The notes under the pieces: model-generated
Databases searched by the model: none
Told to the model about the DNA's origin: nothing
What the model saw: only the letters and a program-made list of their open reading frames with translations
Program-made: the position numbers and the translations under genes
Source of the DNA: Octopus sinensis
Lineage: Eukaryota
Assembly (NCBI RefSeq): GCF_006345805.1
Contig: NC_043005.1
Coordinates: forward strand, 100,936,001 to 101,000,000
DNA: 64,000 nt
Direction: 5' to 3'
Shown here: in pieces, positions 49,888 to 61,590 of the stretch
Layout: each line of letters starts with the position of its first letter
Position numbering within the stretch: position 1 is the stretch's first letter

Positions 49888-50061
49888 CTGAACTGGAAGA
49901 GAAATCCCCGAGGAATCTTTTTTATTTTGCATATTTTCAATCATAATGCTACTAATGATATCCAGTCTTTTTTCATTAACCTGTGGTTGACTCAGAGCAC
50001 AACATAGCAACTTCCTCACTCTCCCTTTTTTTCCTTTCGTGTTCCTACCTCTAACAGCCAT
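49888..50061 (-). CDS. Candidate first coding exon of an unidentified gene
   Basis: ATGG start, 58 open codons MAVRGRNTKGKKGRVRKLLCCALSQPQ..SLPVQ, donor CAG|GTAATT; no homology recognised. Confidence 0.3.
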
Positions 50062-50157
50062 GGGATGTACCTCCACTTCATACTCATGACTTAGTGGTAT
50101 AAATCAATGAATGTATCTAAGCCACCCCTTCATACTCACTCAGAACATGATTATGTT

Positions 50158-50457
50158 TGTTCCTTCTTGAGCCAAGCCTGGCTCATAAGGGCTGGTTTCC
50201 CGGTTTCCTTGGCGTATAGGTTCCCCACCTTGACGGGACGCCAGTCCGTCGCAGGTGAGCTGCAAGATGCAGGAGGAAAGAGTGAGAGAAAGTTGTGGTG
50301 AAAGAGTCAGCAGAAGTCTGCCATTACTTTCTGCCGGAGCCGTGTGGAGCTTAGGTGTTTCGCTCATAAACACACACATCACCCGGTCTGAGATTCGAAC
50401 ACGCGATCCTTCGACCGCGAGTCTGCTGCTCTAACCACTAGGCCATGTGCCTCCACA
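50158..50457 (-). mobile_element. SINE family D
   Basis: Reverse complement of 8461-8790. Confidence 0.85.
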
Positions 50458-50843
50458 CTGAACAAAAGTAAAGTTGGATATTATTTTTTAAAAAACGATA
50501 TACTTGAAAATATGGTTAATGAGTTTGCTTCCCCTCACACAGTGGGGTACCTTGGGTAAGTGTTTTCAACTTGTAGTTCTAATCCAACCAAAGTTTGATG
50601 GCTAGATTTGGTAGATGGAAACTGAAAGAATCATGTATATTTGTAAGTATGATCATTATTCAGTTTTATTTCGAGAGTTCAGATTTGTATGTTTTGTTTT
50701 ATGTGTGTGTGTGTGTGTGTGTGTGTGATTATTCAGTTTTTATTTCAAGATTTCTTGCCATAGAGTAAGAGCTGGTTTCTAAGCTCAATCCAAAGCTTCT
50801 TCATTGGAATTAAAACACCAACAATAGGGTATTTTTGTATGTA

Positions 50844-51724
50844 CAGGGGGCAATGGGTAAACTGCTGTCATTTTATTTTTTTTTTGTCATTTCATTCATG
50901 CAAATTGTTTGTTTTGATTTTGTTGACTATACTGTGTAATAGGGTTAGTTGGGCACTGTCTGTGAGAAAAGCAACAGCATGACACAATTCACTCTGCCAG
51001 AAATTTTGAAACGACATGCTGTACTGCTGGAAGCTCCAATACGACCAGATGGTGAACACAGAGAAGAAGCGTTGGTTTGCCATATCCCCAAAACATATAC
51101 TGAGAGTGATAAAAATCAAACATCCAGTCAACATCATGATGTTTGGAGTGATCACTAGTGATGTCAATGTTATGCCTCCATTCATTATCTTCCTACACAG
51201 CTTCAGACTCAACACAGAGGCCTAGATCAAGTGCCTGGAGGAGGTAGTGCTGCCCTGGGTCAAGAGGGTGGCTGCTGGAAGACTCTATTCTGGTAACAGG
51301 ACTCTGCACAATACCACAGAAGGAGTAGAATCCAGTCATGGCTGTCGGACAATTTCTGCGACCACACCACCGCTAGCATCTGGCAACAAAACTCCCCAGA
51401 CTGCAACCCCCTTGATTAGTATGTGTAGGGCACAGTTGAGTGAGAGACCAACAAAACTCTTTGTAACACCAAAGATAAACTAAAGGCAAAGATTATGGCA
51501 GTAGTCACTAATTTAAACAAGAAGATCGTCCAGAAGAGTTGCAGGAGATTCCAAAGTCGTCTGGAGGCTGTGGTTTAAGCCAATGGCGATTTTATTGAAT
51601 AAATTTACCCTTTAGTATTTCAAGATATTTTTATGTAATTTTGATAAATATATCTGTTAAAATGAGATGTCAGTGTTATTCTCATTTTTGTGTAATTTAG
51701 ACGGCAATATATTCACTGACCCTC
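50844..51724 (+). mobile_element. Internally deleted maT (DD37D-type) transposon with diverged TIRs and TA flanks
   Basis: KIKHPVNIMMFGVITSD, LPWVKRVAAGR, QQD..NSPDCNPLD region readable across frameshifts; TA at 50842-43 and 51725-26. Confidence 0.8.
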
Positions 51725-52466
51725 TACAGGTGTATATGTGCAGCATCTGGAGTTGGTGCACATGCAGGTTTGTTTGTTTGTGTGTATGTATGTATGTATG
51801 TACGTACGTACGTATGTATGTATGTGTATATGTATGTATGTATGTACTCTTCTGTTTTTAATTATTTAAATTCTTCTTCTGAAGAAGGAGCTGATTTCTA
51901 ACAAAGATAAAGTGCCATCTTTGGAATGTAGGTAATGTAAACAATGTCACATTTTGAACTTGAGAAAAGTCAGAAAATTCTTACTCTTCCCACCTTCAGA
52001 TTTGTAATGTGGAAGTTAGCTGGTTGATTTCTTTTTCTGAAAGCCCTAACTTATCCAAATTGTCACTCAGGCATTTACTCAGAAAACCAAGTGCAATAAT
52101 TATTATTGGTATAAATCGTAATTTATAATTTGGATAGAGAAGCTGGGGATTTCAAAGCAGTTGTCCATAGTTATCCTCCTCCTTTTTGATTTCCAAAGAG
52201 ATATTCACATCAGCAGAACAGCTGACCTCTATGACAGTATACAAGGTTTTTGTCAATCCCAAACAACAATGTCCAGTCTGGTTGACCTTGGGCTACAGTT
52301 GAAGAAACATGCTCAAAATGCCACACAGTTGAACTGAACTCAAAACTAAGAAGTGCAGTGATAGACTACCAGATCCATAACCAATAACATTTATTCTTTT
52401 ATTTTATATTGATCTCTTTTCAGTGCATAATCAGCATCAATATTTGCACCTGCCTCAGTAATTTCC

Positions 52467-52682
52467 TCTTTTACTCTTTAATCTTTTACTTGTTTCAATC
52501 ATTTGAGTGTGGCCATGTTGGAGCACTGCCTTTTAGTTGAGCAAATCGACCCCGGGACTTATTCTTTGTCAGCCTACTACTTATTCTATCGGTATCTTTT
52601 GCCGAACCGCTAAGTTACAGGGATGTAAACACACCAGCACCAGTTGTCAAGCAGTGTTGGGGAGGACAAACACAGACACACA

Positions 52683-52724
<42 letters not shown>

Positions 52725-52831
52725 ATACATATATATATATATGCATATATATATGTATATATACGTATATATATATGTATATATATATATATGTATACAT
52801 ATATATGTATACATATATGTATACATATATG

Positions 52832-52864
<33 letters not shown>

Positions 52865-52883
52865 GTATACATATATGCATACA

Positions 52884-52930
<47 letters not shown>

Positions 52931-52933
52931 ACA

Positions 52934-52980
<47 letters not shown>

Positions 52981-53347
52981 ATATAAACGGCAGTTTGTCT
53001 GTGCGTGTTTCTGTGTGTCTGTTTGCTTGTACCCTCACCCTGACCAGGGCTTTCAACCGATTCTGAGACACACACATAGCCCAATGTCATAATTCAAAAC
53101 TAACGCAGCGAAAATTTTGAAAAGTTCCCCCAGTTCTGAAAAAAATCGATAAATTCGACATGGGGTCGAGAATAAGAAATACGAACCACAAACTGTCTAG
53201 GGGACGCAACTCCACCTTTTTTAAATCTCAAAAAAAATTTACCATCATTTTTTTCCATTTCTTTTCTATTTTTTGGCTATAACTCTCTAAAAATGCTTTA
53301 TAGTTATTTCCCTTACAAACCTGAGCAATGCCGGGCGATACTGCTAG

Positions 53348-53379
<32 letters not shown>

Positions 53380-53552
53380 TACCTACATATATATGATAGG
53401 CTTCATTCAGTTTCTGTCTACCAAATCCACTCACAAGACTTTGGTTGGTCGAAGGCTATAGTAGAAGACACTTGCCCAAGGTGCCATGCAGTGGGACTGA
53501 ACCCAGAACCATGCAGTTGGTAAGCAAGCTACTTGCCACACAGCCACTCCTA
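52467..53552 (-). mobile_element. SINE family A with expanded internal (TA)n and a nested Helitron
   Basis: Tail part 52467-52685, head part about 53390-53552. Confidence 0.8.
52978..53347 (+). mobile_element. Non-autonomous Helitron
   Basis: A|TCTATATA start, CTAG|T end, subterminal hairpin CCTGAGCAATGCCGGG at 53320-53335. Confidence 0.8.
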
Positions 53553-53862
53553 TGCTTTTTATAAATTTTTATAAATTTTTACAAATATTTTTTCATGTTA
53601 ATTCTGAAAATTTCACATCTTCATCTCAAGTTATTATTATCTTTATTTCTTTATTTGCTCCTTGTGATCTAAAACCAATGGTAAATTATATCTGTACCTG
53701 GTACCTACTTAGAACTAGACTTAACTGTTGAGAATTACTACCCTGGACCATGACGTTTCAGATAAACATGGTTCTTGCTCCTTCTAGAAAACTAATCAGG
53801 TAAACCAAATTGTTTTTTACGGTTTCAACGTTACACATTTCATTTCATGTAATCTTAAAGAG

Positions 53863-54260
53863 GTGTAGGAGTGGCTGTGTGGTAAGTAGCTTGCCTATGA
53901 ACCACATGGTTCCGGTTTCAGTCCCACTGCATGGTACCTTGGACAAGTATCTTCTACTATAGCCTCAGGCCGACCAAAGCTTTGTGAGTGGGTTTGGTAG
54001 ACGGAAACTGAAAGAAGCCTGTCGTATATATGTATATATGTGTGTTTGTGTATTTGTGTGTCTGCGTTTGTCCTCCCAACATCGCTTGACAACCGATGGT
54101 GGTGTGTTTACGTCCCCCGTAACTTAGCAGTTCGGCAAAAGAGACTGATAGAACAAGTAGTAGGCTTACAAAGAATAAGTTCCGGGGGCGATTTGCTTGA
54201 CTAAAGACGGTGCTCCAGTATGGCCGCAGTCAAATGACTGAAACAAGTAAAAAAAAAGAG
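53863..54260 (+). mobile_element. SINE family A
   Basis: Complete copy. Confidence 0.85.
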
Positions 54261-54719
54261 TGTGTTGTGTGTGTGTTTTGGATGTTTTGTGTGCTGACAA
54301 CACAGATCAGGATACCTAAATTCTGGGTCAGTAAATGCTGTGTATAAAAGACGATTGCAACTGGAAAGTTAAACGAAGCTCATCTGTAAACATGCCTTTC
54401 TATGTTGGGTTATCACCAAATACTCAATCAAGCAGTTCTATGGCATACTTTGATCAATTACAGGTGACTAGAGTTACTCAGTCAACACATTGAAATATGG
54501 GGATTAAAACTGGTAAAAGCTGTTTCATACTGAAAGGACTCAGCTTCTTGTAAATTTGTTAATAACAATCTTATTCAGTTATTTCCTTTCAAAGAAATAG
54601 GGGAACAAGATGTGAAAACAGTGAAAGGTTCCAATGGAACTGTTCACAGTCTTTTAATAATTTGCATCGTGTGTTTGGAGAATTTGGTATTCATATTCAA
54701 ATATTTGTTTCTATAAATC

Positions 54720-54923
54720 TCTTTTACTTGTTTCAGTCATTTGACTGCAGCCATGCTGGAGCACCGCCTTTAGTCAAGAAAATCGACTCCAGGACTTATT
54801 CTTTGCAAGCCTAGTACTTATTCTGGTCTCTTTTTGCCAAACCACTAAGTTATGGTGACGTAAGCACACCAGCATCGGTTGTCAAGCGATGTTGGGGGGG
54901 GACAAACACAGATACACAAACAT

Positions 54924-55000
<77 letters not shown>

Positions 55001-55168
55001 CATATATACAACGGGCTTCTTTCAGTTTCCATCTATCAAATCCACTCACAAGGCTTTGGTCGGCCTGAGGGTATAATAGAAGACACATGCCGAAGGTGCC
55101 ACACAGTGGGACTGAACCCAGAACGATGTGGTTGGTAAGCAAGCTTCTAACCACACAGCCACTCCTGC
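54720..55168 (-). mobile_element. SINE family A
   Basis: Complete reverse copy. Confidence 0.85.
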
Positions 55169-55264
55169 CCTGGATAAATTGTATGAAATTGTTGAGGAGA
55201 ATTTGATAACTAAATGCCATCCTCCATACTGCTAGTTATTAATATTACATAATTAGAAAAGGGC

Positions 55265-55450
55265 ATTGAGCTGGCAGAATGGTTATTGTGCCAGAGAAAA
55301 TGCTTAGAGGCATTTCTGAGTTCAAATGCTGCCAGGGTTGACTTCTTTTCATCCTTTTGGGGTCAATAAAATAAGTACCTGTTGAACACTGGGGTCAGCT
55401 TTATTGACTTCTTTCACGTCCCAAATTGCTGGCCTTGTCACAAAATTTGA
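55265..55450 (+). mobile_element. SINE family B
   Basis: Head and central domain. Confidence 0.7.
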
Positions 55451-55504
55451 AACGAAAATTACATAATTAGAATATATTAATTGTAGAAATACTGAAACAA
55501 AGTT

Positions 55505-55965
55505 GCTTTATATTTTTTATTTCTTTATTGCCCACAAGGGGCTAAACATAGAAGGGACAAACAAGAACAGACAAAGGGATTAAGTCGATTACATCGACCC
55601 CAGTGCGCAACTGATACTTAATTTAGCTACCCTGAAAGGATGAAAGGCAAATCGACCTCAGTGGAATTTGAACTCAGAACGTAATGGCAGACGAAGGACT
55701 GCTAAGCATTCCGCTCAGTGTGCTAACATTTCTTATTTCTTTATTGCCCACAGGGGGCTAAACATAGAGGGGACAAACAAGGACATACAAAGGGATTAAG
55801 TCGATTACATCGACCCCAGTGCACAACTGGTATTTAATTTATCGACCCCAAAAAGATGAAAAGCAAAGTCAACCATAGTGGAATATGAACTCAGAATGTA
55901 AAGACACGCAAAATACTTCTAGGCATTTCGCCCTGCATGCTAACGTTTCTGCCAACTTGCTGCCT
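55505..55965 (-). mobile_element. SINE family B head-to-tail dimer
   Basis: Two reverse copies joined at about 55735. Confidence 0.85.
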
Positions 55966-57061
55966 TTAGTTGCTTTATATTTTTATCAGAAGACAGCTAT
56001 TCTGTTCTGTTCCCAGTACACAACGAGCATGATGAGGTAGTTAAACACATGCATCTTTACTTCTAAGTTTGCTGATATTTGCAGCTGACAGCTTTCCTAC
56101 AGTCAACCACAAAGCGGAGCAAAGTGACATCTATTGTCAAGCAGACTAATGATACATTCAATTCTTAAAACTGGTACTCTGATTTTACTCCTCAACCAAT
56201 GAACATAATTCATCTTCATCTTCATATACAAATCTTTGCCTCGGTCACAAATGCACACAGTTACGTAACCTAAAGGCATAAATGTCACCACACTGCACAC
56301 TGAAATAAATATGAAAGTTATAGCTCTACACAAGAACTCTGATATCTTTCAAAATCAGCATATTGTTTATGGTCTCTGCTGGTTTTGATATGTGGCAAAA
56401 CAAAATCAATGTCAACTTTCTGTATCAGTTAAGCCGGCTCTGGTTTATGAGTTTCATCATGGCAGAAGGGAAATACATTGTGAATTGAATAAGAAAATGA
56501 AAACACCAGCGAGGAAAAACAAAAAGAACTTAAAAGAACTGGAAATATTTTATCAGTTCTATAGAAAGCACATTTCTATTGCGGCATTTTGTTTGAAATT
56601 AGTCAGAAATGGAAAGAGAAAAATATCAGCAAGAATAAAAATCAGGTTAGTATAGAATTATGAAAGGGTCAATAATTATCTGTTAAGATATGAAACATAA
56701 AAGCAGGAATTCTATTCTTGGTAGATGAGAAGAAAACTTGATTGAAGTGATAGAGTCCATTGAATTATTGGTTATAATAATGGTGTTGAAGTGCTGGTAG
56801 ATAGTGTCCAGAATATCTAATGAAATGGTGGTATGGTCGAAACTGTATGGGGTGAGGTGAGGTACAGTGTTTGTAAGATGTGGATGTAGGGTAGAAAATT
56901 GATATTGTATATTAATGTATATTGATGAGGGCAATGGAGTATAGCAAAAATGTATGGTGAACTACATACATATGGTGGAATATATATTTGGATATAAGTT
57001 ACTATGTTGAGAGTATGGTAGTCTTTACACACATATGGTAGACTATTCTGGAAATTTTTTT

Positions 57062-57240
57062 TTTTTATTGCTCACAAGGGGCTGAACATATAGGGGACAA
57101 ACAAGAGCAGACAAACAGATTAAGTCGATTACATAGACCTCAGTGTGTAACTGGTACTTAATTTATCGACCCCGAAAAGATGAAAGGCAAAGTCAACCGC
57201 GGCGGAATTTGAACTCAGAATGCAGCAGCGGACGAAATAA
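57062..57240 (-). mobile_element. SINE family B, 5'-truncated
   Basis: Reverse copy. Confidence 0.75.
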
Positions 57241-57549
57241 GACAAAGCAGGTTTAAGAAAGATGCAGCTGTCCTCTCTTTATGGTAAAACAGTTTTCTAA
57301 GATTAGAACTCAGCATAGTCCTAATATGCACAGACTTGATGCAGTCAGCTTTAACTTAACATAAACGATGGTAATGGATGTAATCGCAACGTGTATGTGT
57401 TTAACTTAACATGTACGGTCTTAACAGACATGATTCCTACTTAAAGAATAGGTTGATAACATAATTTTAACACACACAATCATAAGAGAGACGGTCTTGC
57501 TAGAAAGATAATGAGTTTATGGACGGAAATTTGGAATAAAAGTTCCTTT

Positions 57550-58600
57550 ACTCAGACTGTGATGTGTTGTGGTGTGTGATGTGAAAGTGGCATGTTTGGG
57601 TGTGATGTGGTGATGGGATATAAATTTGACGTGGATAATGCTGTGGTATGTGATGTAGTATATACTGAAGTGTGGTGTGTTGCAATGTGGTATTATGTGG
57701 TCTAGTGTGTTGTAGAGTGGTGTATGATGAGGTGCAGAGTAATTGTGATGTGTCATGTATGTTGCAGAGTATGGTGTGCTGTAGCGTGGTGTTATAGAAT
57801 GAAGTGGATTGCAGTTTAGTATGGTGTAGTAGTGTGTTGTGCTGGTGCATTGTGTGTGGTGTTGTGACATGAGTTGTGGTACATTGTGATGTGAGGTATA
57901 GTGCATTGTGATGTAAGGGTGGTGCATTGTGACATGGGGAGCAGTGCATTGATTTGTGGTGACACATTGTGATATGTTGTAACAACATATCAAAATGCAT
58001 TGCACCCCATGTTTACAATGCACCACACCTCATTTCACAACACACCACACCTCATGTTACAGCTCACCACACATATCACAACCCACCATGCCACAATGCA
58101 CCACTCTGCATCACACTCCACTACATCACATTACAACCACAACAGAGCACAACACAACATATGACATCACACTACAATGCACTATGCACCACACAACACT
58201 ACATAACTGTTTCTCTACTACCCACAAGAGCCTAAACACAGAGGAAACAAACAAGGACAGACAAACGGATTAAGTCGATTATATCGACCCCAGTGCGTAA
58301 CTGGTACTTAATTTATCGACCCTGAAAGGATAAAAGGCAAAGTCGACCTCGGCAGAATTTGAACTCAGAACGTAACGGCAGACGAAACACAGCTACGCAT
58401 TTCGCCTGGCGTGCTAACGTTTCTGCCGGCTCGCCGCCCTAGAGCTACATAACACCAAACAATGCACCACGACAACACACTGCTACACCATACTAAACTG
58501 CAATCCACTTCACTCTACGACACCACACTACAGCACACCATACTCTGCAACATACACCACACATCACAATTACTCTACACCTCATCATACACCACTCTAC
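57550..58600. repeat. Degenerate pentamer (GTGTG/GTGAT/GTATG-like) array that switches strand at about 57980
   Basis: TG-rich to 57970, CA-rich afterwards; 58445-58600 is the reverse complement of about 57713-57870. Confidence 0.8.
58219..58440 (-). mobile_element. SINE family B inserted in the pentamer array
   Basis: Complete, young-looking reverse copy. Confidence 0.85.
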
Positions 58601-59276
58601 AATGCATGGAAAGCGGACGTTAAACGATGATGATGATGATGAAAACAATGGGGGTAAAAGTAAACATTGGTGTGTGTAAATAACAACAAACTTACTGATA
58701 ACTAAACATTATAGAATGTTTAAAAAGTACAAACTCTTCACTGCAACACATCAGCTTTTATTTCACAGCTATGATGATAAACATAAGCAAAAAGTATGAC
58801 ATAGGATGACAAAGATTTCAGACAGATAAAGGTGTTTGTTTTTTAAAACTCATTTATTTTTTGTAAACAGTTTACCTTCTGTTGATGTTTCTCTCATATT
58901 AGATCTCAAAATTTGTTTTTATATGTAAATTTGACTGTTTTTGACTTGAAAGATCTCCTCCTCACAGCTGAGAGACGAGATCACTTTTGTTATTGTTGTA
59001 TTTAATTATCACTTGTAAAACAATTTTCAGTTTTGAGTTGACAACAAACTTGAGAAATGGAGCTGTTGTCTATCCCAGAGTTTGGTTTACCATTCTGCTG
59101 TGGAAATACCTTTGTCAATAAGGGATGGAATGCTTAAATGGTATTCTTATTTTGTTGATTGATCATAATGTTTATATATGACTAATGGGAGCAATTTCCT
59201 TGATGTGTAAGTCTCACTGAGAGAATCAAGCGAAATGACTTGGAAACAGAAACCTGTGGTTTTATATATTTATATC

Positions 59277-59355
59277 GGAGAGAGAGAGGAAAGGGGAGGG
59301 AGGGGGGAGAGGGAAAGGGAGAGGGAAGATGGGGAGAGAGGAGAGGAGGAAAGAT

Positions 59356-59387
<32 letters not shown>

Positions 59388-59446
59388 AGAGGGGGAAAGA
59401 GAGGAGGGGAGAAAGAGGAGAGAGCGAAGGGAGAGAGAGAGAGAGA
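59277..59446. repeat. Polypurine (GA/GGA) tract
   Basis: About 170 nt, almost only G and A. Confidence 0.9.
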
Positions 59447-59489
59447 CAAAGCTTTGATGTTACAACCAATAATAATTGTTTCTAATTTA

Positions 59490-59700
59490 TTCACACGGCC
59501 AATAATTTTTAGTGGGTGGGGGTCAGTCAGTGATGCTGATCCCAGTGCTTGGCTGGTTCTTTAATTTACCAACCCTGAAAAGATGAAAAACAAAATTGAC
59601 CTTGGTGAGATTTGAACCCAGAGGTAAAGAGCATGAAGAAATAGCACATGACATTTTGTTTGATGCGCTAATGAATCTGCTGATCCCTCCTCGCTAACGA
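59490..59700 (-). mobile_element. SINE family B, decayed
   Basis: CCCTGAAAAGATGAAAA..GATTTGAACCC. Confidence 0.6.
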
Positions 59701-59854
59701 CATCTTGTTCTGCAGATAAATGAAGATACACAGAAAGGGTAACCAAAACATAAATTATTGCCCAGACTTAGAGAATCTTCTCTTATTCTACACATTGCTT
59801 CAGTGAGGATGAGTGGAAAGTTAAAACAGAAGCAACAACAACAATAATAATATT

Positions 59855-60255
59855 CATTGTTGTATTTAGGAATGGTCATTTTGTCAGTTTAGCCAATAAA
59901 AACACACGCACTATATATTTGGTATTACTTTGCTTCAGTGTTATTTATTTTTTACATTAATCTTAATCTTCTTTCGGCCAGAGTTCTTTCGTCGCACTCC
60001 TTTGACCGCATCAGTGGTCCTTTGCTTTCTTCTGTCTTATTTGTGTGTCTCTCCTTACTAACAGTCAAATAAGAAAGAATAAAACAAAGGACCACTGATG
60101 CGGTCACAGGAGTGTGACGAAAGAACTCTGTCCAAAATAAGATTAAGATTAATGTAAAAAATAAATAACACTGAAGCAAAGTAACACCAAATATGTAGTG
60201 CGTGTGTTTTTATTGGCTAAACTGGCAAAAATGACCATTCCTAAATACAACAATA
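59855..60255. repeat. Fold-back palindrome (arms about 190 bp) with a hammerhead-like motif in each arm
   Basis: Arms about 59855-60045 and 60065-60255; motifs 59976-60020 (-) and 60089-60133 (+). Confidence 0.85.
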
Positions 60256-60499
60256 TCTGTTTCAATACACGATTTCACATCAAAAATCTTGTAAAACAAA
60301 TTTATAATAATAATAATATTTGTTATCATTAATCTACTAAAAGAAAGTAACAGTGTTGATTAAAGTGCTAGGCTTATTGTTCAACAGTATTTCGTTTTGT
60401 TCCTCAACATTCTGAATAAAGATCCTCTTCAAACTGTTTTGTGCTGAAAGAAGAAGCACTAGCAAGACCTAAAATCAATGCAATTAGCCCCCCTCTAGT

Positions 60500-60680
60500 T
60501 TTGATTAATGATGTACTAAGGCACAAGGCCAGCAATTTAGTAGGAAAGCAATGAGTCAATGCAGTCATTCCCATTATTTGATGAATACTTTGCTTTATTG
60601 TGGAATTTGAACTCAGAGTGTAAAGCAGCTGAAGAAATGCTGCAAAACATTCTTCTCCTGTTCTAATGGTTCTGCCGCAG
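60500..60680 (-). mobile_element. SINE family B, decayed
   Basis: GGAATTTGAACTCAGAG. Confidence 0.6.
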
Positions 60681-60829
60681 CACTTGTAGCTGGTAATTGG
60701 CAACATATTGTAAAGGTGAGTGTTAGGGTCAACTGAATAAACCCAGAAAACTACATACAAGCTGCATTCCAGACCTTTTGAGTTTTCTTTTTTAAGAGAG
60801 ACAGTATATTTTTTTTTTTACCCTTTACA

Positions 60830-61210
60830 TTCTAGTTTCAGATCCTGTTGAAGTCAGTTTGCCAGTCATCCTTTCTGGGGTCAATAAAATATGTACCAGT
60901 CCAGTGCTGAGGTCAGTGTAAATGATGTATCGCCTCCCCCAAAATTTCAGGTCTTGTGCCTATAGTAAAAAGGGCTATTATTAATATCATTAAGGTGCTG
61001 ATCTGGCCCAACCATTATTATGCCAGATAAAATGCTTACCAGCATTTCCTATGTTTTTACATTTTGAGTTAAAATTCTATTAAAGTCAACTTTGCCTTTC
61101 ATTCTTTTGTGGTCGAAGAAATAAGTACCAGTTGAGTGCTGGGGTTGATGTAATTGACTATTCTCCCTCAACCCAAATTGCAGGCCTTGTGCCCATAGGC
61201 GTAAGAATTA
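60830..61210 (+). mobile_element. Two tandem SINE family B copies, decayed
   Basis: Two CATYCTTT..GGTC.A..AA.TA.GTACCAG domains. Confidence 0.65.
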
Positions 61211-61459
61211 TTATTGTTGTTAGTGCTGTTGTGGTTACTTGTTTAGAGATGTCAGTGGAAATGGAAAACTGGAGATTTTAATTCAGAATTCTTTTACTCT
61301 TAGAATTTGAAATTCTACTACAACTACCTTTATAATTTTACATTACCAGAATCGACAGAAATTGGATAAAACTTATATCTACACACACACACACATGTAT
61401 ATATATATATATATATATATATCTGTAAATGTAATATGTGACAATTATTCAGTAGCCAA

Positions 61460-61520
61460 GATAAAACTCTGAGTTTCGGATGTTGAGGTGGAAATCCACG
61501 CCATCATCTCTTCAGTTATC
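61460..61520 (-). ncRNA. Minimal type-I hammerhead ribozyme motif
   Basis: Minus strand GATAA-CTGAAGA-GATG..CATC-C-GAAA-CTC(A)GAG-TT-TTATC. Confidence 0.8.
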
Positions 61521-61529
61521 TGATGGCCG

Positions 61530-61590
61530 GATAACTGAAGAGATGGTGGTGTGGATTTCCACCTCGGCATCTGAAACTCGGAGTTTTATC
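61530..61590 (+). ncRNA. Minimal type-I hammerhead ribozyme motif (mirror copy)
   Basis: GATAA-CTGAAGA-GATG..CATC-T-GAAA-CTC(G)GAG-TT-TTATC. Confidence 0.75.
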
